This document shows, piece after piece, positions 46,842 to 55,760 of a stretch of 64,000 nt of DNA. A model generated the notes under the pieces. The model was not told where the DNA came from, searched no databases, and was given only the letters and a program-made list of their open reading frames with translations. A program made the translations under genes and the position numbers. Source of the DNA: Bacillota bacterium (GTDB lineage Bacteria; Bacillota; Dethiobacteria; DTU022); assembly GCA_019428945.1 (NCBI GenBank), contig JAHYJM010000001.1:18267-82266 (forward strand), read 5' to 3'. How positions within the stretch are numbered: the first letter of the stretch is position 1; every line of letters begins with the position of its first letter.

Positions 46842-46898
46842 AAAATCACCCTCTTAAAGCTGTTTATTGCTGATTATAACATATCTTAATCCTGCCAA

Positions 46899-46912
46899 CA
46901 AACTTTTGTTTG
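46899..46912. promoter_or_regulatory. Putative LexA operator overlapping the lexA -35 region
   Basis: Palindrome CAAAC-N4-GTTTG, a variant of the Gram-positive GAAC-N4-GTTC box; minus-strand TGnTATAAT at 46873-46881. Confidence 0.55.
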
Positions 46913-46924
46913 CTTTTTTACAGT

Positions 46925-48472
46925 TTACTGGTAACCATTTAGCTTCAGAAGTTTGTTTAATCCATTCAGGTAAGCCTTTACACTGGCTTCAATAATATCA
47001 GTGCTTGTTCCCCTGCCGGTGATGGTCCTGTCCTGGTAGGACATCTGAACCTGAACCTCACCAAGAGCATCGCGCCCCTGTGTCACAGCATTAATCCGAT
47101 AATTTTCCAGGCCGATGCTCAACCCGGTTATCTTGTTAATTGCATTGTAGGCAGCATCGATCGGACCACTGCCGATAGCTACCTCTTCAACAATGCTGTC
47201 GTCGTCTTTCCTGAGCCGAATGACAGCCGCCGGTATGCTTTTACTGCCGCTGATCGTCTGCATGTAGTCAAGCTTGTACCTCGGCTCTGTAAATGAGAGG
47301 TGATCGAGAACCAGGGCTTCAAGGTCTTCAGGGTAAACCTCTTTCTTTTTATCTGCCAGATTCACAAAGTGTTCATATATCTTTTCAAGTTGTTCACTAT
47401 CCAGCGAAAAACCGAGCTTCTTAAGTTGATCAAGAACTGCATGCCGGCCGGAACGTGCAGTGAGGCACATCTGGGCCGCTTTCCCGCCAATAAGTTCAGC
47501 ATCAATAATTTCATATGTTTCCTTGTTCTTCAAAATACCATCCTGATGAATACCCGAAGAGTGAGCGAAGGCGTTCAGGCCGACAACTGCCTTATTCGAA
47601 GGTATTGAAATCCTCGTAAGCTTGCTGACAAGCCTGCTAGTTCTGTAAATCTCCGGAAAATTAAGATCAGTATAGTAGGGAAAATGATTTCCACGGATTC
47701 GCAGGGCTACTGCAATTTCTTCAAGCGCAGCATTACCGGCTCTTTCACCGATACCATTAATGTTACACTCAATCTGCCTGGCGCCATGCTTAACCGCCTC
47801 GAGGGAGTTCGCAACAGCAAGACCGAGGTCATTATGGCAGTGCACACTTAGAATAACCTTATCAATCCCTGCTACATTCTCACGCAACCTTTTGATCATA
47901 GCCCCAAATTCTTCAGGTACTGCATAACCAACAGTATCGGGTATATTAATTACAGTCGCTCCGGCCTTGATAACCGCTTCTAAAAGCTCAAAAAGATATT
48001 CATCCCTTGCTCTTGTTGCATCTTCCGGTGAATACTCTACATCACTGCAGTATTTTTTTGCATACTTAACCGCTTCAACTCCCTGTTCAAGAAGAAGAGC
48101 CGGATCTTTTTTCAGTTTATGCTCCATATGGATATCAGAAGCGCCAAGAAACACATGCAGCCTGGGTCGTTTTGCCTCCTTGACGGCTTCCCAGGCAGCA
48201 TCAATATCGCCCTGAACAGCCCTGGCAAGCGCACAGATAACCGGACCATCTATCTGTCTTGATATCGCCTGAACCGCCTTTTTTTCACCGGGTGACGATA
48301 TGGGAAAACCGGCTTCAATTACATCTACGTTAAGCCGCGCCAACTGCCTGGCCACTTCTATTTTTTCTTCGTAATTTAATCTTGCCCCCGGTGTTTGTTC
48401 ACCATCTCGCAAAGTACTGTCAAATAAAAATATTTTTTCTGCCTTTTCTGGTTGAATAAACTTATCGGTCAT
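46925..48472 (-). CDS. leuA: 2-isopropylmalate synthase
   Basis: DSTLRDGEQ, HCHNDLG, GIGERAGN, HSSGIHQDG, C-terminal regulatory domain (GSGPIDA, STDIIEAS); Leu T-box upstream. Confidence 0.94.
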   Translation of the reverse strand: MTDKFIQPEKAEKIFLFDSTLRDGEQTPGARLNYEEKIEVARQLARLNVDVIEAGFPISSPGEKKAVQAISRQIDGPVICALARAVQGDIDAAWEAVKEAKRPRLHVFLGASDIHMEHKLKKDPALLLEQGVEAVKYAKKYCSDVEYSPEDATRARDEYLFELLEAVIKAGATVINIPDTVGYAVPEEFGAMIKRLRENVAGIDKVILSVHCHNDLGLAVANSLEAVKHGARQIECNINGIGERAGNAALEEIAVALRIRGNHFPYYTDLNFPEIYRTSRLVSKLTRISIPSNKAVVGLNAFAHSSGIHQDGILKNKETYEIIDAELIGGKAAQMCLTARSGRHAVLDQLKKLGFSLDSEQLEKIYEHFVNLADKKKEVYPEDLEALVLDHLSFTEPRYKLDYMQTISGSKSIPAAVIRLRKDDDSIVEEVAIGSGPIDAAYNAINKITGLSIGLENYRINAVTQGRDALGEVQVQMSYQDRTITGRGTSTDIIEASVKAYLNGLNKLLKLNGYQ

Positions 48473-48527
48473 TTTTAAAACCTCCAATTTAAATAGTTCG
48501 TATTAAATCTGGAGTGGGGGAGAGCCA

Positions 48528-48790
48528 AATAAAAAAACTTTCGTACAAGAGACGAAAGTTAATTTCCGTGGTACCACTCTTCTTGGCGGCATAACTTCTA
48601 CCACCCACTCTTTAAGATAACGGAAGTCTCCGGCCAGGCCTAATTTCGCTCATTGAGAACTGATTTCGGTTGGCGGCTTACGGAGGAGTTCATTGACATC
48701 TTAATTACCGCTTTTCACTCTGCAGCGGCTCTCTGCTAATTAACCTGTCGATTACTGGTTCCGATCATTGCCTTTATTTTATTGACTTGA
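48528..48790 (-). promoter_or_regulatory. Leu T-box riboswitch controlling leuA
   Basis: Minus strand: promoter TTGACA-17-TAATCT (48824-48796); stem I with AGAGA; specifier GAA-CTC (Leu, 48688-48686); T-box GAGTGGTACCACGG; terminator AACTTTCGT/ACGAAAGTT plus T-tract. Confidence 0.92.
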
Positions 48791-48963
48791 ATGATAGATT
48801 ACCTAATTTTTTTTACTTTGTCAAGCTGATTATTTTACGGAACTGAATAAGATACCGAAAATGCTTGACAAGATTATAATAATCATTCAGAATATAGATA
48901 TATTTCAATAACATATTTTATATTCCGTTTATTTATATTTCGGTATTATATAAGGTGATGTGG

Positions 48964-50007
48964 ATGTCTGTTGTCAAAAGGATCCCCGAGCCGCTTAACA
49001 ACTACGAACAGTTAGCCCTTCTCAAGCAGCCCAACCCAAGGGCACCTACCGGGCTGAGAAACCTCTGTATTATCAGCCTAATGCTTAAAACAGGAATGCG
49101 TGTCAGCGAAATCATCAATTTGCAGGTAAATGATATTGACTGGGATAAATGTAAAATCCACATTCGGGAAAGCGGTGCTGCCCGTAAACGAACATTATGG
49201 CTGGATCGAGCTGAAATTATGCTTCTTAAAAGCTGGCAAAGTATAAACCCTGCAAAGGGGCCTATTTTTTTTACAACGCTCGACGGTTCCATGTTAAAAG
49301 ATCGGTATATCCGGGAAATGGTTAAGCGTCTGGCCCGTAAAGCAGGAATTGCAAAAGACGTTTATCCTCACTTGCTTAGGTATACATTTGCAGTTGACTT
49401 CATACGTGAAACCAGGGATATAAAACTGCTGCAGGATGCTCTCGGACACAGGGAAATCTCGGCTACGCAAATATATACCAGGCTTCTGTTTGACAGTAAA
49501 GATATTCCTGATATTACCAGTGAAACTGCAACCAGAAGTGGTATGCCGGCATCTGATGAAGATCAGAAGCAAATTAACTTTAATGAATTCCATGATGATA
49601 AAAAGATCCCAAATCAGGATACAATCCGGGGTGTAATTTCTAAGAACGTCGATAAGAGTCACTCGGAAAAAAGGGCAATTTTAACCGGTGAAGCTAAGGA
49701 AAACATTGCTGTAGAAGAAAGGCTTCCTATGAACAACAGCAACGGGTATACCTATGGTATTAACCGGCCGGACAAAACGCAGCAGAAGCCGTCTGAGAGG
49801 CTTCACGATAGAATGGAAGGCAAACAGACAGACGAAGCTTTGAAACCAACTATAGCAGTAGTGTCTGAAGAAACAACTGATGATCGAAAAAAAATCCCGG
49901 CAATCAAATGCAGTAATTGCAGTTTTATTCTGCATTACCAGGGCGACTGTCCACAGTGCGGTGCATCATTTAACGAAATAATGAGGCATTGGGGGAAAAT
50001 TATATGA
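48964..50007 (+). CDS. Tyrosine recombinase catalytic domain, low-complexity linker and C-terminal zinc ribbon
   Basis: TGMRVSE, HLLRYT, LGH, TQIYT; no N-terminal core-binding domain; C-terminal CSNC-x9-CPQC. Confidence 0.85.
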   Translation: MSVVKRIPEPLNNYEQLALLKQPNPRAPTGLRNLCIISLMLKTGMRVSEIINLQVNDIDWDKCKIHIRESGAARKRTLWLDRAEIMLLKSWQSINPAKGPIFFTTLDGSMLKDRYIREMVKRLARKAGIAKDVYPHLLRYTFAVDFIRETRDIKLLQDALGHREISATQIYTRLLFDSKDIPDITSETATRSGMPASDEDQKQINFNEFHDDKKIPNQDTIRGVISKNVDKSHSEKRAILTGEAKENIAVEERLPMNNSNGYTYGINRPDKTQQKPSERLHDRMEGKQTDEALKPTIAVVSEETTDDRKKIPAIKCSNCSFILHYQGDCPQCGASFNEIMRHWGKII

Positions 50008-50044
50008 GGGAGGTGTGCGTCGCCTGTAATTTCACCTTCCTTTT
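50007..50044 (+). terminator. Possible terminator after the recombinase
   Basis: AGGGAGGTG...CACCTTCCT followed by TTT. Confidence 0.45.
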
Positions 50045-50056
50045 AATCCTGATTTA

Positions 50057-50084
50057 ACTTCCGATAATACATCTTATGTTAACT
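50057..50084. other. Chromosome dimer resolution (dif) site
   Basis: ACTTCCGATAA-TACATC-TTATGTTAACT, 11-6-11 layout; close to B. subtilis dif ACTTCCTAGAA-TATATA-TTATGTAAACT; gene orientation flips nearby. Confidence 0.85.
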
Positions 50085-50276
50085 AGCTGGTTTTTTTATT
50101 CTTTTTTCCAGGGTATTTCAGTTAAACCTCCCTCCATGTTTTAACTTTTAAGCCACTCTGCTATAATATCAGTTAAAGGTTCAGCAGTTGCGTAATTATT
50201 ACTTTTACACTTGAAGTACAATTAAAGTAGATTTAATTTAACAATACAGCCTGTATAACTCATTCAACGTGAAAGT

Positions 50277-50311
50277 AGTGGGACAAATGGACCTGTCCCC
50301 TTTGTCCCACT
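50277..50311. repeat. REP-like palindrome
   Basis: AGTGGGACAAA-tggacctgtcccc-TTTGTCCCACT, 11-bp perfect arms. Confidence 0.5.
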
Positions 50312-50341
50312 GGTTATTTCGGAGGATATCTAATCAATATA

Positions 50342-51268
50342 ATGAAGAATACTAACAGAACGAAACTAACCTACCTTCTCTCTTATCTGCTTATACTGTT
50401 CATTGCCCTGATGCTGATCGCCTGCTCAGAGTCGGTATTTCAAAATGAAATTGGATTAGATGATCAGATTATTGATTCTGACGGAAATGATCCAAACCAG
50501 CCTGAAATTGAAGAATCCGGCCATAATAACAGATCAACCGGTGAAAATGGCTCAGCTGAACCTGAACCTGTACGAGACCTCCCAGTTATTGGTATTTACA
50601 GCGGGGCAGGCAGTTGGGATGTAAATGTAGAAGCATTTAAAAGATTTTTCGATCATTATGGCTACCAGTGGGCCGAATTTGACGAAAATGATGCCATAGA
50701 TATGGATCTCACGGCGAATTTCGATTTACTCTGGTTTCCAGGCGGCTTTGCTGCTGAATATAAGAATTATATTTCAAGCCATGATAATATTCGCGATTTC
50801 ATAGAAAATGGCGGGATGTTTGCCGGTAGCTGTGCAGGAGCTTATTACGCCTCTGACATTCTGCGCTGGCTCAATGAAGATCACGAATACCCCCTGAAAC
50901 TCTTCGAAGGTAAGGCAGCAGGCCCACTGACCGGACAAATAGCCTGGGGAGAAGTTGCAAATTTTATTCTTCTTGATAATATCCCTGCTAATGCAGATTT
51001 TGAACCTCAATTACCGGTTTACTATTTTGACGGCCCTTATTTTTCCCCATATAATGATCAAACTATAACTGTTCTTGCCCGTTATGAAGTAAATAATGAA
51101 CCTGCTGTAATTGCCGGGCGTTTTGGCGAAGGTTCATATCTCCTATTCGGCCCCCACCCTGAACTGGGCGGCTACAGTTCATCATCACCGGATTTTAACT
51201 TAGATGGCGGAGAGGGCGCGCAGTGGCCCTGGCTTAATTCAGTTCTGACCTGGTTTTACATGTGGTAG
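50342..51268 (+). CDS. Lipoprotein with a class I glutamine amidotransferase-like (BPL-N) domain
   Basis: Lipobox LIAC; LWFPGG, GSCAGAYYA nucleophile elbow, GPHPE. Confidence 0.75.
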   Translation: MKNTNRTKLTYLLSYLLILFIALMLIACSESVFQNEIGLDDQIIDSDGNDPNQPEIEESGHNNRSTGENGSAEPEPVRDLPVIGIYSGAGSWDVNVEAFKRFFDHYGYQWAEFDENDAIDMDLTANFDLLWFPGGFAAEYKNYISSHDNIRDFIENGGMFAGSCAGAYYASDILRWLNEDHEYPLKLFEGKAAGPLTGQIAWGEVANFILLDNIPANADFEPQLPVYYFDGPYFSPYNDQTITVLARYEVNNEPAVIAGRFGEGSYLLFGPHPELGGYSSSSPDFNLDGGEGAQWPWLNSVLTWFYMW

Positions 51269-51336
51269 ATAATTAAACCTGATATGATATAATTGAGCCA
51301 GTGATAAATCCATTATCGGGGATGGTGGTTTTTTTT

Positions 51337-52653
51337 ATGCGTCGCATCTACTTTATCGGTATATTTTTAATTCTGGTTATAATATCTTTCTTTATCGGCA
51401 CCAGGGCGGGAGAAATTTTTTCACCTGATGCCCTGATAAATAGCGGTTCTGAAACAGAAAGCGTTTCTGAGCCTGACCAGGAGCCTGAACCTGAAGCTGA
51501 AGAGCCGGAAGCTGATCTTCGAACAGTAAATTTAATTGCCGTGGGCAATATATTCCCCCATGTTCCAAATATCGAACAGGCCCATCTGGGTGATGGCCGT
51601 TATGATTTCAGCCCTACATTTGAGATTATTGCGCCGATTCTGCAAAAGGCGGATCTGGCTGTTGCCGACCTGGAGACATCCCAGGCGGGCCCTGATATTA
51701 CTTTCTGGGGTTACAGCGGTTATACCGGATACCCTCTTTTTAATTCGCCACAGGAGCTTTCAGTTGCCCTCAGAGATGCCGGTATTAGCCTGATGACTCT
51801 CGGGAATAACCATGCGCTTGATCGCGGTTACGAAGGCCTGCTTGCCAGTCTCGATCATATCCGCAGCCTCGGTATTAAAACCTTTGGCGCTTATAAAAGC
51901 CAGGATGAACGCGACAAACCATTAATTATAGAATCTGATGGTATAAAAATTGCTTTTATCGGTTATACATTTAGCACAAACGGTATATCAATACCTGAAG
52001 GACATGAATATTGCATAAATTTTGCTCCCGGTTTCAGCGATATAGCCCCTGTAATTGAAGACATTAATACTGCAAAACAGGCTGGAGCTGATTTAATTGC
52101 GGTTTTCCCTCACTGGGGTGAAAATGAGTATGCCCAGGAACCTTATCCTCAGTACTACCGGGAAGTAGCAGCAGAATTGGCTGCAGCAGGAGCAGATTTA
52201 ATAATTGGCGGTCATCCGAAGTATGTGCAACCGATAGAATGGTTTTTTAATCATAAACCAGACGGCACAGAAAGAGCCACGCTGGCTATCTATTCGCAGG
52301 GAACATTTCTCTCAAACCAACACTACCCTGCAAATATATCGCCACTGGTTGAATACCACCTGCTGCTGGATCTCGATTTAAGCAAAAATATGGATACCGG
52401 TGAAGCCTGGATCAGCCGGGCAGATTATGAAATCACCTGGATTCACAGGGAATGGCGGCACAGAATACTGCCTCTCTCAGAAGTTTTCAACGGATTGCCT
52501 CAGGATTACAACTTGAGTGAATCAAAGGTCGAAGATCTTAAAGCTATGTATCAGCGCAACATTGAGGCCGCAGAGGCATACGGTCATGCAGAAGGCAAAC
52601 TTAAAGCCCTTACGATATCTGATCAGCTTTTTGAAAAAGCTTATAGTGAATAA
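51337..52653 (+). CDS. CapA family (PGA_cap) metallophosphoesterase-like membrane-anchored protein
   Basis: N-terminal TM; DLET, GYPLFNSP, GNNHALDRG, PHWG.E, IIGGHP, YSQGTFLS. Confidence 0.85.
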   Translation: MRRIYFIGIFLILVIISFFIGTRAGEIFSPDALINSGSETESVSEPDQEPEPEAEEPEADLRTVNLIAVGNIFPHVPNIEQAHLGDGRYDFSPTFEIIAPILQKADLAVADLETSQAGPDITFWGYSGYTGYPLFNSPQELSVALRDAGISLMTLGNNHALDRGYEGLLASLDHIRSLGIKTFGAYKSQDERDKPLIIESDGIKIAFIGYTFSTNGISIPEGHEYCINFAPGFSDIAPVIEDINTAKQAGADLIAVFPHWGENEYAQEPYPQYYREVAAELAAAGADLIIGGHPKYVQPIEWFFNHKPDGTERATLAIYSQGTFLSNQHYPANISPLVEYHLLLDLDLSKNMDTGEAWISRADYEITWIHREWRHRILPLSEVFNGLPQDYNLSESKVEDLKAMYQRNIEAAEAYGHAEGKLKALTISDQLFEKAYSE

Positions 52654-52678
52654 TATTTTAAACTGGGGGTAATATTCA

Positions 52679-53896
52679 TTGAAAATAGGTGTATTTACCG
52701 ATAGTTTCAGACCTTACACAAGCGGTGTGGTCAGATCTATTGAACTATTCTCACGTGAATTTACAGCACATGGCCATGAGGTTTATATTTTCGGGCCCGA
52801 TTACCCACTTCTCCACCCTCCGAAAGAAGAAGGAGTATTCCGCTTTATATCACTTCCCGCCCCAACTATGCCGGAATTCTCCCTGCCCATCCCCATCTCC
52901 GTTCAGCTGGGGCCTACTATCAAACGGATTGGGCTTGAAATTATTCATGTCCACTCCCCTTTCCTGCTTGGAAGCCTGGGAGCCAGGGCAGCAAGACGTC
53001 ACAGACTTCCCCTGATATTTACTTTTCACACACTCTATGATCAATATGTCCATTACTTTCCCTTTGCTGAGGAAGCATCCCGACAGGTGGTTCAGGCTAT
53101 TGGCCGTGATTTCTGTAATCGATGCAACATGGTTGTTGCTCCCTCTCAGCTTGTTGTAAATTACCTGAGAAGAATTGGGGTTAAAGCACCCATAGAAAAT
53201 ATTCCTACCGGTGTCGATCTTGAGGAATTCAGGAACCTTGATAAAAATTGGCTAAGGGATAATTACGGTATTAAGGATAAAGAAAAGGTCCTTCTATTTG
53301 TGGGCAGACTTGGCAAAGAAAAGAATGTGACTTTCTTGCTTAAGTCTTTTGAGATGATCTTAAACAGACATCCCGACACAAAGCTGGTCATGGTCGGAGC
53401 GGGGCCACAGGATAAATACCTTGAGAAAATGTGTAAAGAAGCAGGTATCAGGGATAAGGTGATATTTACAGGTGTACTGCCCCGTAATTTGATCGTTCAC
53501 TGCTACGCAAGTTCAGACCTTTTTGTGTTTCCTTCAGTTACTGAAACGCAGGGACTTGTTATAGGTGAAGCAAAGGCAACCGGACTGCCTGTAGTAGCTG
53601 TGAGAGCTTTCGGTCCGGCAGAGATGGTTAAACATGGTGAAGACGGGCTATTAACCGACCCATCCCTCCCCGCTTTTACAAACGCCATCCTCGAACTACT
53701 TGAAGACAGCAAAATGCACAAAATGATGAGCAGACAGGCTTTGAAAAATGTTCGTGAAATATCCTCGGTCAAATGTGCCGATAAAATGCTCTCTATTTAC
53801 AAAAAGTTGATTGAAGAAAATGCTGCAGCGCCCCGTAAGCGAAAACCTTACAAAATAAGTGTTTTTAAGCAGCGAAGCAAAAAAATATACAATTAA
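52679..53896 (+). CDS. Glycosyltransferase family 4 (diacylglycerol glucosyltransferase-like)
   Basis: FTDSF.P..SGV, IIHVHSPF, TFHTLY, FVGRLGKEKN, PSVTETQGLV. Confidence 0.88.
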   Translation: MKIGVFTDSFRPYTSGVVRSIELFSREFTAHGHEVYIFGPDYPLLHPPKEEGVFRFISLPAPTMPEFSLPIPISVQLGPTIKRIGLEIIHVHSPFLLGSLGARAARRHRLPLIFTFHTLYDQYVHYFPFAEEASRQVVQAIGRDFCNRCNMVVAPSQLVVNYLRRIGVKAPIENIPTGVDLEEFRNLDKNWLRDNYGIKDKEKVLLFVGRLGKEKNVTFLLKSFEMILNRHPDTKLVMVGAGPQDKYLEKMCKEAGIRDKVIFTGVLPRNLIVHCYASSDLFVFPSVTETQGLVIGEAKATGLPVVAVRAFGPAEMVKHGEDGLLTDPSLPAFTNAILELLEDSKMHKMMSRQALKNVREISSVKCADKMLSIYKKLIEENAAAPRKRKPYKISVFKQRSKKIYN

Positions 53897-53961
53897 CCAA
53901 AAGATCAATGCGATCCAAAATTTATTTTTATATTGTTAACCGATAGTAAAATGTTAAGATC

Positions 53962-54069
53962 TTACTTATGATCTTTTTCTTTGTTCTTTTTGTCGTAGCC
54001 GCTTTTAACAAAAAAGACAAGTAAAAAAAATACGCCGATCAGAATTATCCCTGTTATCAATTGCTGCAT
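53962..54069 (-). CDS. Putative 35-aa single-pass membrane protein MQQLITGIILIGVFFLLVFFVKSGYDKKNKEKDHK
   Basis: AAGGGAGTGG RBS; hydrophobic segment then basic tail; below the ORF-track cutoff. Confidence 0.55.
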   Translation of the reverse strand: MQQLITGIILIGVFFLLVFFVKSGYDKKNKEKDHK

Positions 54070-54093
54070 GTAATTTCCACTCCCTTAGGTTTA

Positions 54094-54120
54094 GAGCCCT
54101 CTGTTGAGAACAGAGAGCTC
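54094..54120 (-). terminator. Hairpin downstream of tRNA-Gln
   Basis: GAGCCCTCTGTT-gag-AACAGAGAGCTC. Confidence 0.5.
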
Positions 54121-54129
54121 ATATTATCA

Positions 54130-54203
54130 TGGCTGCGGGACTAGGGATCGAACCTAGGCTTGATGATCCAGAGTCATCCGTGCTACCGCTACACCATCCC
54201 GCA
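54130..54203 (-). tRNA. tRNA-Gln (CTG)
   Basis: Minus strand TGCGGGA...TCCCGCAGCCA, anticodon arm GATGA-CTCTGGA-TCATC, GGTTCGATCCC; promoter TTGCTT-17-TATAAT. Confidence 0.96.
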
Positions 54204-54288
54204 TCACCTAATACATTATACAAAAAGTGTTTATTCTAAGCAACCTTACTTCTTTTAAGCAGCGCCCGCTGAATCCGGTTTGGATATT

Positions 54289-55731
54289 TTATAATTCCTC
54301 AATATACTTTGCTGCTCTTTTAAGTCTCTCAACTGTTTTTTCACGGCCGAGCAGCTCCATAATTTCGAAAAGGCCCGGACCGCCCATGCGCCCTGTGATT
54401 GCCAGGCGTGTCGGTTGGATCAGACGCCCTGCTGATATTTCAAGATTTTCGCAGATAACATTAAATTTTTCTTCAGCCTCTGCTCTGCTGAATGTATTCA
54501 TCAAATCCAATTCTCCGGCGGCATGAAGAAGCAGCTCTCTTACCCCTTCTTTCATGAAGGCTTTTTTTACACCTTTTTCCTCATATACAAATTGATCTTC
54601 ATAAAAATATTCTGAAGCATCAGCTAGCTCTACAAGTGTTTTTGCCCGCTCCCGGACTGTTTTGATTACATTTTTGTAATATAGAAATTCATCTCCGGCA
54701 GGCCTGTTCTGAAACAACTCTTTCCGGATAAAAAAAGGCAGGGCAGATTCTGCAAGTTTTTCAAGATCGTATTCCCGGATATAATGGCTGTTCATCCAGG
54801 TTAACTTTACAGTATCATATATCGCAGCAGTTTTATTAACTTTTTGCAGAGAAAATACGCTAACTGACTCATCTATCCCAAAGATTTCTTTGTCTCCACC
54901 AGGAGACCATCCCAACAGGGTCATGTAGTTAATCAGCGCTTCAGGCAGAAAACCTTCATCGCGGAATTCTTCTACTGAGGTAGCCCCATGTCTTTTACTC
55001 AACTTACTGCGATCAGGTGCAAGGATCATCGGGACATGAGCAAAGATCGGCATCTCGTAACCCATAGCCAGAGCGCATAACTGCTGACGAGGCGTATTGG
55101 ACAGATGCTCTTCAGCCCTGATAATGTGTGTTATATTTAACTGCAGGTCATCGACAACACTGGCAAAATTATAAGTAGGCAGTCCGTTTGATTTAATTAT
55201 AATGAAATCATCGAGATCAGAGTTCTCAAAACTTACCTCCCCCCTAATCTCATCTTTAACAACGGTTGCTCCACTGTCTGGAACCTTCAACCTGATTACC
55301 GCTTTACGGCCTTCGCTTCGCAACTTATCTTCCGTTTCCGCACTCAGGTTTCTGCAGGTTCCGGGATATAAATATGCTTTATTTTCAGTGCGGGCAGCTT
55401 CCCTGCCTGCGGCAAGTTCGTCAACCGTGCAGTAACAGCGATAAGCCCTGCCTTCATTGAGCAGTCTTTCAGCTTCCCTGTTATACTCAGCCATCCTTTT
55501 AGACTGAAAATAAGGGCCTTCATCCCATTCAAGACCCAGCCACTTCATTGAAGCCATTAATTTATTGATATAATCTTCTTTGGATCGTTCTAAATCTGTA
55601 TCATCAATACGCAGAACAAAAGTACCGCCGACCCTGCGGACAAACAGATAATTGAAAAGCGCCGTCCTGGCTCCACCGATGTGCAGTTCTCCGGTCGGGC
55701 TTGGTGCAAATCGAACTCTTACATCTGACAC
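54289..55731 (-). CDS. gltX: Glutamate--tRNA ligase
   Basis: VRFAPSPTG.LHIGG, YRCYC, KLSKRHG. Confidence 0.96.
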   Translation of the reverse strand: MSDVRVRFAPSPTGELHIGGARTALFNYLFVRRVGGTFVLRIDDTDLERSKEDYINKLMASMKWLGLEWDEGPYFQSKRMAEYNREAERLLNEGRAYRCYCTVDELAAGREAARTENKAYLYPGTCRNLSAETEDKLRSEGRKAVIRLKVPDSGATVVKDEIRGEVSFENSDLDDFIIIKSNGLPTYNFASVVDDLQLNITHIIRAEEHLSNTPRQQLCALAMGYEMPIFAHVPMILAPDRSKLSKRHGATSVEEFRDEGFLPEALINYMTLLGWSPGGDKEIFGIDESVSVFSLQKVNKTAAIYDTVKLTWMNSHYIREYDLEKLAESALPFFIRKELFQNRPAGDEFLYYKNVIKTVRERAKTLVELADASEYFYEDQFVYEEKGVKKAFMKEGVRELLLHAAGELDLMNTFSRAEAEEKFNVICENLEISAGRLIQPTRLAITGRMGGPGLFEIMELLGREKTVERLKRAAKYIEEL

Positions 55732-55760
55732 TTAAACACCCCGTTAATAAAATATAAATT

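Noticed and set aside
48905-48932. Second dif-like site upstream of the recombinase
   Set aside because: Only TAACATA matches, in very AT-rich sequence; no second arm
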